Origin: an uncultured Ruminococcus sp.
Lineage (GTDB): Bacteria; Bacillota; Clostridia; Oscillospirales; Ruminococcaceae
DNA: 64,000 nucleotides
Reading direction: 5' to 3'
NCBI GenBank assembly: GCA_900550695.1
Contig: URTF01000001.1
Coordinates: 7,896-71,895 of the forward strand
Part shown: positions 1-8,540 of the stretch, piece by piece
Layout of the letters: the number at the start of each line of letters is the position of its first letter
How positions within the stretch are numbered: the first letter of the stretch is position 1
Translations under genes and position numbers: made by a program
The notes under the pieces: generated by a model
Seen by the model: only the letters and a program-made list of their open reading frames with translations
What the model was told of the DNA's origin: nothing
Databases searched by the model: none

Positions 1-1
1 G

Positions 2-1204
2 GAAACTCTCAACAGCATGACACCTATCTGGCGCAAGAACAAGAACGAACTCACCGATGAGGACTACAACAAGTTCTACAAGGAAAAATACTACGATTAC
101 AGCGATCCGCTCTGCCATATCCACGTCAAGACAGAGGGTACTGCGACCTATGATGCGCTCCTTTACGTTCCTGCAAATACCCCTATGGATTTCTACACGA
201 AGAACTTCAAAAAGGGACTTCAGCTCTATTCGAGCGGTGTTCTCATCATGGACAAGTGCGAGGACCTTATCCCCGACCATTTCTGCTTCGTTAGAGGTCT
301 TGTCGATTCGCAGGATCTTTCGCTCAACATCTCCCGTGAAATGCTCCAGCACGACAGACAGCTCAAACTTATCGCAAAGTCGCTTGAAAAGACAATCAAG
401 AACGAATTGAAGAAGATGCTTACCAACGAGCGTGAGAAGTATGAACAGCTCTGGAAGAACTTCGGTATGCAGATAAAGTTCGGCGTTTACAACGGTTACG
501 GCGCAAACAAAGACCTGCTCAAAGACCTCCTTATGTTCTATTCTTCAAACGAGAAAAAGCTTGTAACGCTTGATGAATACACTCAGAGAATGAAGGAAGA
601 CCAGAAGTATATCTACTATGCCGCAGGCGAAACTGTAGACAAGGTAGATGCTCTCCCTCAGACCGAGGTTGTTAAGGACAAGGGTTACGAAATTCTTTAT
701 CTTACAGAAAGCGTTGACGAGTTCGCACTCAAGGTTCTTGAACAGTATAACGACAAGCCGTTCAAGTCTGTTTCGGACGCAGACCTCGACCTTGATACTC
801 CCGAGGAAAAGGAAGAATTCAAGAAGCTTTCCGAAGAGAGCAAGGATATGCTTGACGAGATAGCAAAGGCTCTCGACGGCAAGGTAAACTCCGCTAAGCT
901 TTCCGAAAGACTTAAATCCCACCCTGTCTGCATCACGAACGAGGGTGAAATTTCGCTCGAAATGGAAAAGACCTTTGCCGCAATGCCGACCGACCAGAAC
1001 GTAAAGGCTCAGAAGGTTCTCGAGATCAACCCTAACCACCCGATCTTCGGCGTTCTCAAAGACCTCTACTCAAACAACAAGGAAAAGCTTGCCGACTACA
1101 GCAAGATACTCTACACCGAAGCACTTCTTATCGAGGGTATGCCGATAGAAGACCCGCTCGCATTCTCGAACCTTGTTTGCTCGCTTATGGTGGAGAAAAA
1201 ATAA
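2..1204 (+). CDS. htpG: Molecular chaperone HtpG (Hsp90), C-terminal ~400 aa; 5' end lies outside the window
   Basis: The frame is open from the window edge. The translation (IWRKNKNELTDEDYNKFYKE, LLYVP, DLSLNISREMLQ) fits the middle and C-terminal domains of bacterial Hsp90. Confidence 0.9.
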   Translation, partial: ETLNSMTPIWRKNKNELTDEDYNKFYKEKYYDYSDPLCHIHVKTEGTATYDALLYVPANTPMDFYTKNFKKGLQLYSSGVLIMDKCEDLIPDHFCFVRGLVDSQDLSLNISREMLQHDRQLKLIAKSLEKTIKNELKKMLTNEREKYEQLWKNFGMQIKFGVYNGYGANKDLLKDLLMFYSSNEKKLVTLDEYTQRMKEDQKYIYYAAGETVDKVDALPQTEVVKDKGYEILYLTESVDEFALKVLEQYNDKPFKSVSDADLDLDTPEEKEEFKKLSEESKDMLDEIAKALDGKVNSAKLSERLKSHPVCITNEGEISLEMEKTFAAMPTDQNVKAQKVLEINPNHPIFGVLKDLYSNNKEKLADYSKILYTEALLIEGMPIEDPLAFSNLVCSLMVEKK

Positions 1205-1221
1205 ATGCGTAATGCGTAATT
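1202..1221 (+). repeat. TAATGCG-type heptamer array starting at the htpG stop codon (TAAATGCGTAATGCGTAATT)
   Basis: Read directly. Same motif and same sense orientation as at five other gene ends in this window. Confidence 0.7.
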
Positions 1222-1286
1222 ATTATACGATAAATATACAGCAATTGGGTGAGTTTTGTATTCACTCAATTGCTTGCAGAAAATGC

Positions 1287-1315
1287 TTGACATATCTGTC
1301 AAAAAGGTATATAAT
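1287..1315 (+). promoter_or_regulatory. Consensus sigma-A promoter (TTGACA-17 nt-TATAAT) for putative antitoxin sRNA, copy 1
   Basis: TTGACA at 1287-1292 and TATAAT at 1310-1315, with an exact 17-nt spacer. Confidence 0.6.
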
Positions 1316-1321
1316 ATAAAC

Positions 1322-1411
1322 ATAAAGAGGGCATACCGATAGACGGTCGCTCCCGTGATTAAGTTAAAGAATAACCGTCACATTTAGAGCGTGGGGCGGT
1401 TATTTCTTTTT
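1322..1411 (+). ncRNA. Candidate ~90-nt antisense (antitoxin-like) sRNA, copy 1
   Basis: Runs from the consensus promoter to an intrinsic terminator (stem about 1370-1405, then T-run to 1411). Its 3' end overlaps the stop codon and 3' end of the minus-strand peptide ORF. It has no credible ORF of its own. Confidence 0.45.
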
Positions 1412-1486
1412 GTTATTGCTGTTCTGCACTAATTGTATTACAGCGCAAATAAGTAGTCCCAAGGTAAGTACCTCCATGACACCCAT
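1400..1486 (-). CDS. 28-aa hydrophobic peptide with lysine tail (MGVMEVLTLGLLICAVIQLVQNSNNKKK); candidate type I toxin
   Basis: ATG at 1486 lies 7 nt downstream of SD AAAGGGGG, and the TAA stop is at 1400-1402. Predicted single TM helix plus a KKK tail. It has its own consensus promoter, and a diverged paralogue lies 340 bp downstream. The ORF is below the ORF-track size cutoff. Confidence 0.5.
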   Translation of the reverse strand: MGVMEVLTLGLLICAVIQLVQNSNNKKK

Positions 1487-1551
1487 AGCAACGCCCCCTT
1501 TCAGGGAGCTAAAGATTGACCGCCTACCGTTCTGGTATGCCCATAGGTGAT

Positions 1552-1580
1552 ATTATAGCATCTATGTTGGATTTTGTCAA
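1552..1580 (-). promoter_or_regulatory. Consensus sigma-A promoter (TTGACA-17-TATAAT on minus strand) for the peptide mRNA
   Basis: Minus-strand TTGACA at 1580-1575 and TATAAT at 1557-1552, with a 17-nt spacer. It converges on the plus-strand promoter at 1287. Confidence 0.6.
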
Positions 1581-1625
1581 TATTTGCTATTTAATACACC
1601 TGTTTAGCGTATCATTTGGAATTGC

Positions 1626-1654
1626 TTGACATATTATTAAAATAAGTATATAAT
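1626..1654 (+). promoter_or_regulatory. Consensus sigma-A promoter for putative antitoxin sRNA, copy 2
   Basis: TTGACA at 1626-1631 and TATAAT at 1649-1654, with a 17-nt spacer. The flanks are homologous to copy 1. Confidence 0.55.
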
Positions 1655-1660
1655 AAAAAT

Positions 1661-1750
1661 ATAGAGAGCATACCGATAGACAGGTGCTCCCTATTAATGT
1701 GTTTAAAGAATAATCGTTAAGTTGGTAGCTTGGGGCAGTTATTTCTTTTT
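1661..1750 (+). ncRNA. Candidate antisense sRNA, copy 2
   Basis: Homologous to 1322-1411 (gagcataccgatagacaggtgctccc core). Ends in a weaker hairpin plus T-run at 1741-1750. Confidence 0.35.
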
Positions 1751-1837
1751 ATTGTTGCAATCAAACATTATCTGAATCATTATCCGGATAATATTGCAGA
1801 TAAATAATCCCAAAGTTAAAACTTCTGTGATACTCAA
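1739..1837 (-). pseudogene. Diverged paralogue of the 28-aa peptide ORF (..SITEVLTLGLFICNIIRIMIQIMFDCNNKKK); no ATG, SD or promoter seen
   Basis: The frame was chosen by paralogy (EVLTLGL-x-IC and NNKKK-stop shared with copy 1). Only TTG codons are available as starts, and an intrinsic terminator sits immediately upstream. Confidence 0.3.
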
Positions 1838-1850
1838 TAAAAGAAAATGC

Positions 1851-1897
1851 AAAAACAACGGCGAGGTCGCAAAAACGTGACCTCGCCGTTGTTTTTT
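1851..1897. terminator. Bidirectional intrinsic terminator
   Basis: 13-bp perfect stem caacggcgaggtc/gacctcgccgttg, flanked by an A-run and a T-run. Confidence 0.7.
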
Positions 1898-1925
1898 GCA
1901 AAGCGGCAGAACTTACTGCATTTTC

Positions 1926-1954
1926 TTGACAAAATCCATCGTTCAGTGTATAAT
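1926..1954 (+). promoter_or_regulatory. Sigma-A promoter (TTGACA-17-TATAAT) upstream of the TSUP gene
   Basis: TTGACA at 1926-1931 and TATAAT at 1949-1954. The first 13 nt (TTGACAAAATCCA) are identical to the minus-strand toxin promoter of copy 1, but here in the opposite orientation. Confidence 0.6.
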
Positions 1955-1968
1955 AATGCTGAAAAAGT

Positions 1969-2781
1969 GTGCAAAGAGGTAAATATATAGAAAAGGAAGT
2001 TTTTGTCATTCTTTACAAATTCATCATCTGCTTTATCGCAGGCATCGGTGCAGGTCTCGGAACGGGATTCGCAGGAATGAGTGCTGCTGCCGTTATCACG
2101 CCTATGCTCGTTGCTTTTCTCGGAATGGATCCTTATATGGCGGTCGGCATCGCCCTTGCCTCGGACGTGCTTGCAAGTGCAGTTTCCGCTTACACCTACG
2201 GCAAAAACAAGAACCTCGACATTCGCAACGGTCTTATCATGATGGTCACGGTGCTTGTGTTCACTATGGTCGGCAGTTATGTTTCGAGCCTTGTACCGAG
2301 CGGCACTATGGGCAATTTCTCACTGATAATGACGACATTCCTCGGCGTAAAATTCCTTGTGAAGCCTGTCATGACGACAAAGGAAAAAATGGCGCAGACC
2401 GACCCGAAAAAGCGTGTTGTCCAGTCGATCGTATGCGGAATGCTCATCGGCTTTATCTGCGGATTTGTCGGCGCAGGCGGAGGAATGATGATGCTCCTGA
2501 TACTCACCTCCGTGCTTGGGTATGAGCTTAAAACTGCAGTCGGAACGAGCGTATTTATTATGGCCTTCACGGCTTTGACGGGTTCTTTGAGCCACTTTGC
2601 ACTCGGCGGCGCACCCGATATATGGGCGCTCGTATTCTGCATTTTAAGCACGCTTTTATGGGCAAGGATAGCCGCCGTTTTCGCAAACAAGGCAGAGCCT
2701 AAGACGCTCAACCGTGCGGTCGGCATTGTGCTTATCGTGCTTGGCATCGGCATTTTTGCTTTTAAATTGATAACAGGTTAA
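1969..2781 (+). CDS. TauE/SafE (TSUP, DUF81) family anion exporter-like membrane protein; start uncertain
   Basis: Polytopic hydrophobic protein with duplicated G-rich TM motifs (GIGAGLGTGFAG and GFVGAGGGMMM). The GTG at 1969 lies only about 8 nt from the predicted TSS, so the true start is probably a non-ATG codon about 30-40 nt downstream. Confidence 0.75.
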   Translation: MQRGKYIEKEVFVILYKFIICFIAGIGAGLGTGFAGMSAAAVITPMLVAFLGMDPYMAVGIALASDVLASAVSAYTYGKNKNLDIRNGLIMMVTVLVFTMVGSYVSSLVPSGTMGNFSLIMTTFLGVKFLVKPVMTTKEKMAQTDPKKRVVQSIVCGMLIGFICGFVGAGGGMMMLLILTSVLGYELKTAVGTSVFIMAFTALTGSLSHFALGGAPDIWALVFCILSTLLWARIAAVFANKAEPKTLNRAVGIVLIVLGIGIFAFKLITG

Positions 2782-2803
2782 ATCGAAAGAAGTAATTTTA
2801 ACT

Positions 2804-3277
2804 ATGAATAAAACAAACGCAATGCGGCAGCTTGAGACCGCAAAAATAAATTTCCGCACGGCTGAATATGAAGTTGACGAAAACGACCTCTCGGGCGTTC
2901 ACGTTGCAAAGGAACTCGGTCAGCCGCCCGAACAGGTATTTAAAACGCTCGTTTTAAAGGGCGAACGGACGGGATTTTTCGTCTGCTGCATACCCGTTGA
3001 CAAGGAGCTTGACCTCAAAAAAGCAGCGAAAGCCGCTCACGACAAGAAAGCCGAAATGCTTCCGCTGAAAGACCTTCTCCCGACGACGGGATATATCCGA
3101 GGCGGCTGTTCGCCTATCGGAATGAAGAAGAAATTCCCGACATTTATCGATGAAACGGCAATTCTTTTTGACGAAATAGCCGTCAGCGCAGGCATAAGGG
3201 GCGCACAGATAATCGTAAACGGCGAAACTCTTGCCGAATATCTCGGTGCAGAGCTTATCGATCTTGTTCAGGACTAA
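2804..3277 (+). CDS. ybaK: Cys-tRNA(Pro)/Cys-tRNA(Cys) deacylase YbaK
   Basis: 157 aa. N-terminal NAMRQLE, VFKTLV and GYIRGGCSPIG motifs are typical of YbaK/EbsC. Confidence 0.85.
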   Translation: MNKTNAMRQLETAKINFRTAEYEVDENDLSGVHVAKELGQPPEQVFKTLVLKGERTGFFVCCIPVDKELDLKKAAKAAHDKKAEMLPLKDLLPTTGYIRGGCSPIGMKKKFPTFIDETAILFDEIAVSAGIRGAQIIVNGETLAEYLGAELIDLVQD

Positions 3278-3305
3278 TACTGATTTTTAATCAAAGGGCA
3301 GAATT

Positions 3306-3752
3306 ATGACATCATTCGTTATCGCAGCCGCAGCTTTTGTATTATCTGCAGCTCTGCTTATACTCGGGGCGAAGCTTTCCGAACGCAGGAAAAAGTATCT
3401 TCGGGGACTGGAAGATTTTATGCAGAAATGCAGGCACTACAAGGCTTCGGTACTCGATGTAAAGGACGTTCCCGTTGACCGTGAGGGCAACACCGTAAGC
3501 GCAGTAATTCTCCAGTTCCGTGACGAGGAGCGCAGAAGCACCATAGTTCACCGCTACACCGAAAGCCGTGGAAAACACTATCTTCGGGGCGATGAGGTGG
3601 AGCTTTACTACTGCGATGAAACGGACACCGCCTGCATAAAGGGTGATAATCCTTTTGACCGAAAAGCACGTCAGCTCAGTGCGTTCACCGTTCTTTGCAG
3701 GACAGCGGCGGCACTTGGGATAGCCGCAGCGGTGCTCGTTCTGATTGTATAA
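3306..3752 (+). CDS. Small membrane protein with N- and C-terminal TM helices around a soluble beta-rich core (DUF3592-like topology)
   Basis: Topology read from the translation. No specific family is recognised with certainty. Confidence 0.5.
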   Translation: MTSFVIAAAAFVLSAALLILGAKLSERRKKYLRGLEDFMQKCRHYKASVLDVKDVPVDREGNTVSAVILQFRDEERRSTIVHRYTESRGKHYLRGDEVELYYCDETDTACIKGDNPFDRKARQLSAFTVLCRTAAALGIAAAVLVLIV

Positions 3753-3807
3753 TCCTATAAAAAACGGAAATAATACCGCCAAAGACTTGTAAGTCGGAGG
3801 CGAAAAA

Positions 3808-5721
3808 ATGAAAAAAGAAACTGACTTTCAGCCGTACATTCCATCTTCAAAAGCGACAGCGGAATTTACGGCTTCTTCCATTATTACGGGCATCATAACC
3901 GCCATTGTTTTCAGCGCATCGAACGCCTATCTCGGACTGCGTGTGGGAATGACGGTTTCCGCATCGATACCTGCGGCGGTCATTGCGATGAGCGTTATGA
4001 AAATGCTTTCGGGGAAAAATTCCGTACTCGAAAGCAACATCGTTCAGACTATAGGCTCGGCGGGCGAATCGATAGCTTCGGGTTCGATCTTCACGCTGCC
4101 TGCGCTTTTTTTATGGGCGGCGCAGGGGACGGGTGAACGTCCGTCAATACTTGAAATTACGATAATTGCTGTGATAGGCGGTCTGCTCGGCGTGTTTTTT
4201 ATGATACCTCTGCGAAATGCGCTCATCGTCCGTGAGCATGGGACGCTGCCTTATCCCGAGGGTACAGCCTGTGCGCAGGTTCTTCTTGCAGGAGAAAAAG
4301 GTGGAACGGGGGCTTCGGCAGTGTTCGGCGGAATGGGCGCAGGTGCGTTCTTCAAGCTGCTCATTGACGGACTGAAAGCCGTCCCCGAGGAGCTTTCGCT
4401 TCGTCTGAAAAGCTTCGGCGGAGAGATAGGAACGCAGCTTTATCCTGCTGTTATGAGCGTTGGGTATATATGCGGCTTTCGCATTTCTTCCTATATGCTC
4501 GCAGGAGGGATTTTCAGCTGGCTGGTGCTTATCCCCGTTATCGTGAATTTCGGGGGAGCAACGATAATGTACCCGTCCGAAACCGCATCGGTAGCGGAGC
4601 TTTATGCTGAGGGCGGTGCATCTGCGATATGGCAGAATTATATCCGCTACATCGGCGCAGGCGCACTTGCCGCAGGGGGACTTATCAGTCTTATACGCTC
4701 GCTGCCGCTTATTTTCGGGACGTTCCGTGCTGCGCTTTCGGGCGTTGGACGGAACGGAAAAAGCACAAAGCGAACCGAACGTGAACTGGATCTTCGCTTC
4801 GTTATTGCGGCGGTGGCAGTCCTTACGCTTGCGCTGTGGCTTATCCCCGTTATCCCCGTGACGTTTGTCGGTGCGCTGATAACGGTGGTGTTCGGCTTCT
4901 TTTTTGCGGCTGTTTCATCACGAATGGTCGGACTTGTCGGCAGTAGCAACAACCCAGTTTCGGGAATGACGATAGCAACGCTGCTTGCGGCTTCGATGCT
5001 GCTCAAAGCAATGGGAATGGGCGGCGCAGAGGGAATGACCGCCGCTATTGCGATAGGCTCGGTGATAAGCATTATAGCATCGGTCGCAGGTGACACCTCA
5101 CAGGACTTGAAAACGGGTTATATCCTCGGCGCAACTCCGAAAAAGCAGCAGATAGGCGAGATCATCGGCACAACTGCCGCTTCACTCGTCATAGGCGGAA
5201 CTCTCTATCTGCTCGATGCGGCGTGGGGATTCGGTTCTCCCGAGCTTGCCGCACCGCAGGCAACACTAATGAAGATGATAACCGAGGGCGTTATGAGCGC
5301 ACAGCTCCCGTGGAACTTGGTTTTCATCGGTGCATTTGCGGCTGTTTTCGCAGAGATAATAGGTATCCCCGTCCTGCCTTTTGCGATAGGCTCGTATCTG
5401 CCCGTTCAGCTTTCCGCCTGCATCTTCATCGGCGGAGTTATACGTTACTTTGCGGAGCGTGTCAGGGCTGATGATGAAACAAAGGAAAAAGCGATAAACA
5501 AGGGCGTTCTCTTCTCCTCGGGAATGATCGCAGGAGAGGGACTTGTCGGGATATTGCTCGCAGTTGCGGCTGTTTTCGGTGTGAACGGATATCTTGACAT
5601 CTCCGAATACACGGAAAAATATTCGTCCGTTCCGATAGTTCTCGGCTTGCTCGTGCTGGCTTCGATAATACTTCTGCTTGTGAAGTTTTCACGCCCGTCA
5701 AAGGAAGTGAGGTCGGAATGA
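3808..5721 (+). CDS. OPT-family oligopeptide transporter
   Basis: 637-aa polytopic protein. Length and sequence character match bacterial OPT transporters. SD GGAGG lies upstream of the ATG. Confidence 0.8.
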   Translation: MKKETDFQPYIPSSKATAEFTASSIITGIITAIVFSASNAYLGLRVGMTVSASIPAAVIAMSVMKMLSGKNSVLESNIVQTIGSAGESIASGSIFTLPALFLWAAQGTGERPSILEITIIAVIGGLLGVFFMIPLRNALIVREHGTLPYPEGTACAQVLLAGEKGGTGASAVFGGMGAGAFFKLLIDGLKAVPEELSLRLKSFGGEIGTQLYPAVMSVGYICGFRISSYMLAGGIFSWLVLIPVIVNFGGATIMYPSETASVAELYAEGGASAIWQNYIRYIGAGALAAGGLISLIRSLPLIFGTFRAALSGVGRNGKSTKRTERELDLRFVIAAVAVLTLALWLIPVIPVTFVGALITVVFGFFFAAVSSRMVGLVGSSNNPVSGMTIATLLAASMLLKAMGMGGAEGMTAAIAIGSVISIIASVAGDTSQDLKTGYILGATPKKQQIGEIIGTTAASLVIGGTLYLLDAAWGFGSPELAAPQATLMKMITEGVMSAQLPWNLVFIGAFAAVFAEIIGIPVLPFAIGSYLPVQLSACIFIGGVIRYFAERVRADDETKEKAINKGVLFSSGMIAGEGLVGILLAVAAVFGVNGYLDISEYTEKYSSVPIVLGLLVLASIILLLVKFSRPSKEVRSE

Positions 5722-6050
5722 AGCGGATAGACGAAAGCGTTGTTCCTCTTCGCTCGGAAAGCATAAACTGGTCGGCGGACGGGAACGGACTTGTGACCAT
5801 TACAATGGAGAACAGCGGCTTTTTCAACAAGGCTTTGCAGCTGCTTATGAAAAAACCGAAGCGTTCCTTTATCCGCCTTGACGAAAAGGGCAGCTTTTTC
5901 TGGCTCAAAGCAGACGGTTCTCACACCCTGGAAGAAATAGCGGTGGGTTCGGCTGAAAGATTCGGAGAAACGCCCGACATCAGCCTTACGGCAGCAGAAA
6001 AATTTCTTGAAATTCTCTGCGGCTGCGGATTTTATTCTTATAAAAAATAA
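5718..6050 (+). CDS. PqqD-family (RRE-like) small protein, translationally coupled to the OPT gene
   Basis: ATGA start/stop overlap with the OPT gene. The segment LDEKGSFFWLKADGSHTLEEIA....AEKFLEIL matches the PqqD-fold signature. Confidence 0.6.
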   Translation: MKRIDESVVPLRSESINWSADGNGLVTITMENSGFFNKALQLLMKKPKRSFIRLDEKGSFFWLKADGSHTLEEIAVGSAERFGETPDISLTAAEKFLEILCGCGFYSYKK

Positions 6051-6159
6051 AAATTTTTCCGAAAATGAAAAATTATAGGCTTTTAAATTGTATTATATAT
6101 AGAGGATATCCAGGGCTTTCCGAAAGGAGGTCTTGGACGTTCCTTTGCAGGAGAAAATT

Positions 6160-6675
6160 ATGACGACTGAAAACCACGGTGAAAAATTCGGCAGCAGTGC
6201 GCATATCGAGCGTGTACTTGCGGAATATTCCGACAGCATCATAAAGCTTTGCTATACATACACGAAAAATATCCACGATGCGGAGGATATTACGCAGGAA
6301 ACCTTTATCGCACTGATACAGCACGGCGAAGCCTTTGAAAGCGCCGAGCATGAAAAGGCGTGGCTGCTGAGGACGGCGGTAAACAAATGCAAAAACCACG
6401 TTAAGTCGGGCTGGGTGAAGAACACCGTTCCGATCGATGAAACAACGGAAGAACCCTCGCAGGATTTTGACCCCGATGAGGGCAGCGAAGTCCTCGAAGC
6501 GGTGCAAAAGCTCCCAGAAAAGTACCGACTGCCGATACATCTTTTTTATTACGAAGGCTATTCGATAAACGATATTGCAGGCATCATCGGCAAAAAGCCT
6601 GCAACGGTCGGGACGCTGCTCGCAAGGGCGAGAGAACGGCTCAAAGAAATTCTGAAAGGAGGAAATTCCAACTGA
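6160..6675 (+). CDS. ECF-type sigma-70 family RNA polymerase sigma factor
   Basis: Region 2 (DAEDITQETFIAL) and region 4 (YEGYSINDIAGIIGKKPATVGTLLARARERLK) are recognisable. ATG at 6160 has SD AGGAG 6 nt upstream. Confidence 0.85.
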   Translation: MTTENHGEKFGSSAHIERVLAEYSDSIIKLCYTYTKNIHDAEDITQETFIALIQHGEAFESAEHEKAWLLRTAVNKCKNHVKSGWVKNTVPIDETTEEPSQDFDPDEGSEVLEAVQKLPEKYRLPIHLFYYEGYSINDIAGIIGKKPATVGTLLARARERLKEILKGGNSN

Positions 6676-6681
6676 GTTGGA

Positions 6682-7797
6682 ATGATAATTATGGATATAA
6701 ACAGAGAAAATTATACAAGATCACTTAAAAATATCAGACCCTCCGAGAAATTTCTCGCCGAAACGAAGAAGCTTATGCTCGAAGAAGCGGCAAAGACCGA
6801 GAAAGTCGTAAAACCGAGCCGCAAGCCGTTCATAATGAAGCTTACGCCTTTTGCCGCTGCGGCTGCCTGCATCGCGCTTATTGCGGTTGTCGGCGTGAAC
6901 ACGCTCAAAGATAAGGGCGTTGAAACGGCTCAGGCGGACGACAGTATTTATACCGCTCTTGCGGAAAATAGCGAAGAAATCACCGAAATAACTTCTTCCG
7001 ATGAAGCAGATGAAAATAAAGCCCCTGCAAATGATGAAGACTTTGATGAGGCTTTGTCCGAAGAGAGCATTGCGGACGAAGCCGAGAAAGCCGTATCAAA
7101 TGAAGTTCCCGAAACCGAACCGAGTGCTGACGAGCCTGCAGCTTTTGCAGTGCAGGGGGTCTGGGACGAGGAAAACGCAGACGACAGTGCTTGTTGCGAT
7201 GAAGCCGAAATGCCTGCGAGCGATGAAGACGAGGACACGGCGCAAGGAACGAACAGCTATGTTGACGGCGGCTTTGAATATACCGAAAAACCGTCTGCCG
7301 ATGACGTCGACGCTGACGGCAACGCTGGTACAGACACCGATGATGACATTTGTGACGATACAGAAGATATAAATGGCGGCAATAAGCCCGTTTCGCCTGC
7401 ATTTACGAAGCTTTCGGGCGGAAATGCCTTGGCTTATCCCGATTTTTCGCCGACAGATACGGAAAAGCTTTGTGAATTCCTCGCTCTTGCTTCGCAGGAC
7501 GATATAAACGCCGAGGTCACGGCTTCGGACGGTGAAAGCACCGATATTTTCGGCGAAAAGGCGCATAAACTGAATGACGCTTTCGCAAATGCGGCTGAAA
7601 AGCTTACACAAAGCGGCGGAGAAAGCTTCGTACCGATACTTTCGTTCATCGTTTTTGACAATGTGAGCGGCGAAACGCTCTACACCGTCCAAACAGACGG
7701 AAACATTATCTCCGTGCAGATAAAAAATGGCGAAACGGTTTATTTTACCGCTGATAAAGCCGCTATCGAAAGCATTGTTTCGGCAGCGAAATGGTAA
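6682..7797 (+). CDS. Putative cognate anti-sigma factor: N-terminal cytoplasmic helix, one TM, long D/E-rich linker, C-terminal globular domain
   Basis: Lies immediately downstream of the ECF sigma gene. TM segment LTPFAAAAACIALIAVVGV. Highly acidic region at about aa 95-235. Confidence 0.6.
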   Translation: MIIMDINRENYTRSLKNIRPSEKFLAETKKLMLEEAAKTEKVVKPSRKPFIMKLTPFAAAAACIALIAVVGVNTLKDKGVETAQADDSIYTALAENSEEITEITSSDEADENKAPANDEDFDEALSEESIADEAEKAVSNEVPETEPSADEPAAFAVQGVWDEENADDSACCDEAEMPASDEDEDTAQGTNSYVDGGFEYTEKPSADDVDADGNAGTDTDDDICDDTEDINGGNKPVSPAFTKLSGGNALAYPDFSPTDTEKLCEFLALASQDDINAEVTASDGESTDIFGEKAHKLNDAFANAAEKLTQSGGESFVPILSFIVFDNVSGETLYTVQTDGNIISVQIKNGETVYFTADKAAIESIVSAAKW

Positions 7798-7813
7798 TAC
7801 ACTTATATTAAAC

Positions 7814-7855
7814 AAAAAGTTTACGTCCGCATTTCAAGCGAGCGTAAACTTTTTT
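7814..7855. terminator. Bidirectional intrinsic terminator between convergent genes
   Basis: Stem aaagtttacg/cgtaaacttt flanked by an A-run and a T-run. Confidence 0.7.
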
Positions 7856-7859
7856 ATAT

Positions 7860-8540
7860 TTATTTTTCCGCCGCAAAACCAAACTGCTCCGCAAGTTCTT
7901 CCGCAGTCATTTTCCGATCAAAGACAATGCTTTTTATATCGAGTGCGGAAAGGATATTTTTCTCCCTTTTCCGTCTTTCTTCAAGACATTTTATGTAGCC
8001 GTCATATCCCGTCAGTCCGTTCTGCTTTCCGTAGCCCTGTGAAACGTGGTAGTCGATAACTGCGTTGAGCCAGTCGTTTCCGCGCTCGTCAAGAACTGCA
8101 TCTATGGCGGCTCGGACATTTGGTTGGTCGATATATACGATGACAGGGGAGAGCGGTTTTATTATTTCCGCTATCTCGCCGATGTACCGCCCGGAAGCCT
8201 TTTCGTCCATTCCGAAGCGCATCATCGTTTCGCACATAGGATTTTGCAGGAAGATACAGTTGAAAACGTACACGGTTTCATTGTCAGCATTTTTTACAAA
8301 CGAACGCCATTTTTCAAGTATCTTTTCACGCTCGGTTTCAAAGTCGGGAAAATCATAGTCGGCATAATCGGCAGGGTGGTCGGTTACGCCCTCATCGATG
8401 CACACGACCTTTGCTCCCTTTTTCTCAAGCTCCTGCGCTATCATAGCTGCGGTGGTGCTTTTTCCGCTGCCGGGAAGTCCCTCTGTTATTATAATACTAA
8501 ACACCAATAAAATACAGGAAAAAATCTGCGCCGAAATCAC
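7860..8540 (-). CDS. P-loop NTPase/kinase-like protein whose 5' end is interrupted by a MITE (possibly pseudogenised or re-initiated inside the element)
   Basis: Walker A motif GLPGSGKST is close to the N-terminus. The first ~15 codons of the called ORF (QIFSCILLVFS) are MITE sequence. The ancestral SD and TTG start lie at 8610-8624 on the other side of the element. Possible restarts are GTG 8504, TTG 8507 and GTG 8540. Confidence 0.55.
   Translation of the reverse strand: MISAQIFSCILLVFSIIITEGLPGSGKSTTAAMIAQELEKKGAKVVCIDEGVTDHPADYADYDFPDFETEREKILEKWRSFVKNADNETVYVFNCIFLQNPMCETMMRFGMDEKASGRYIGEIAEIIKPLSPVIVYIDQPNVRAAIDAVLDERGNDWLNAVIDYHVSQGYGKQNGLTGYDGYIKCLEERRKREKNILSALDIKSIVFDRKMTAEELAEQFGFAAEK

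Noticed and set aside
1761-2009. 82-aa minus-strand ORF
   Set aside because: It runs through a bidirectional terminator and the TSUP promoter. A different frame in the same place is paralogous to the 28-aa peptide of copy 1, which explains the region better.
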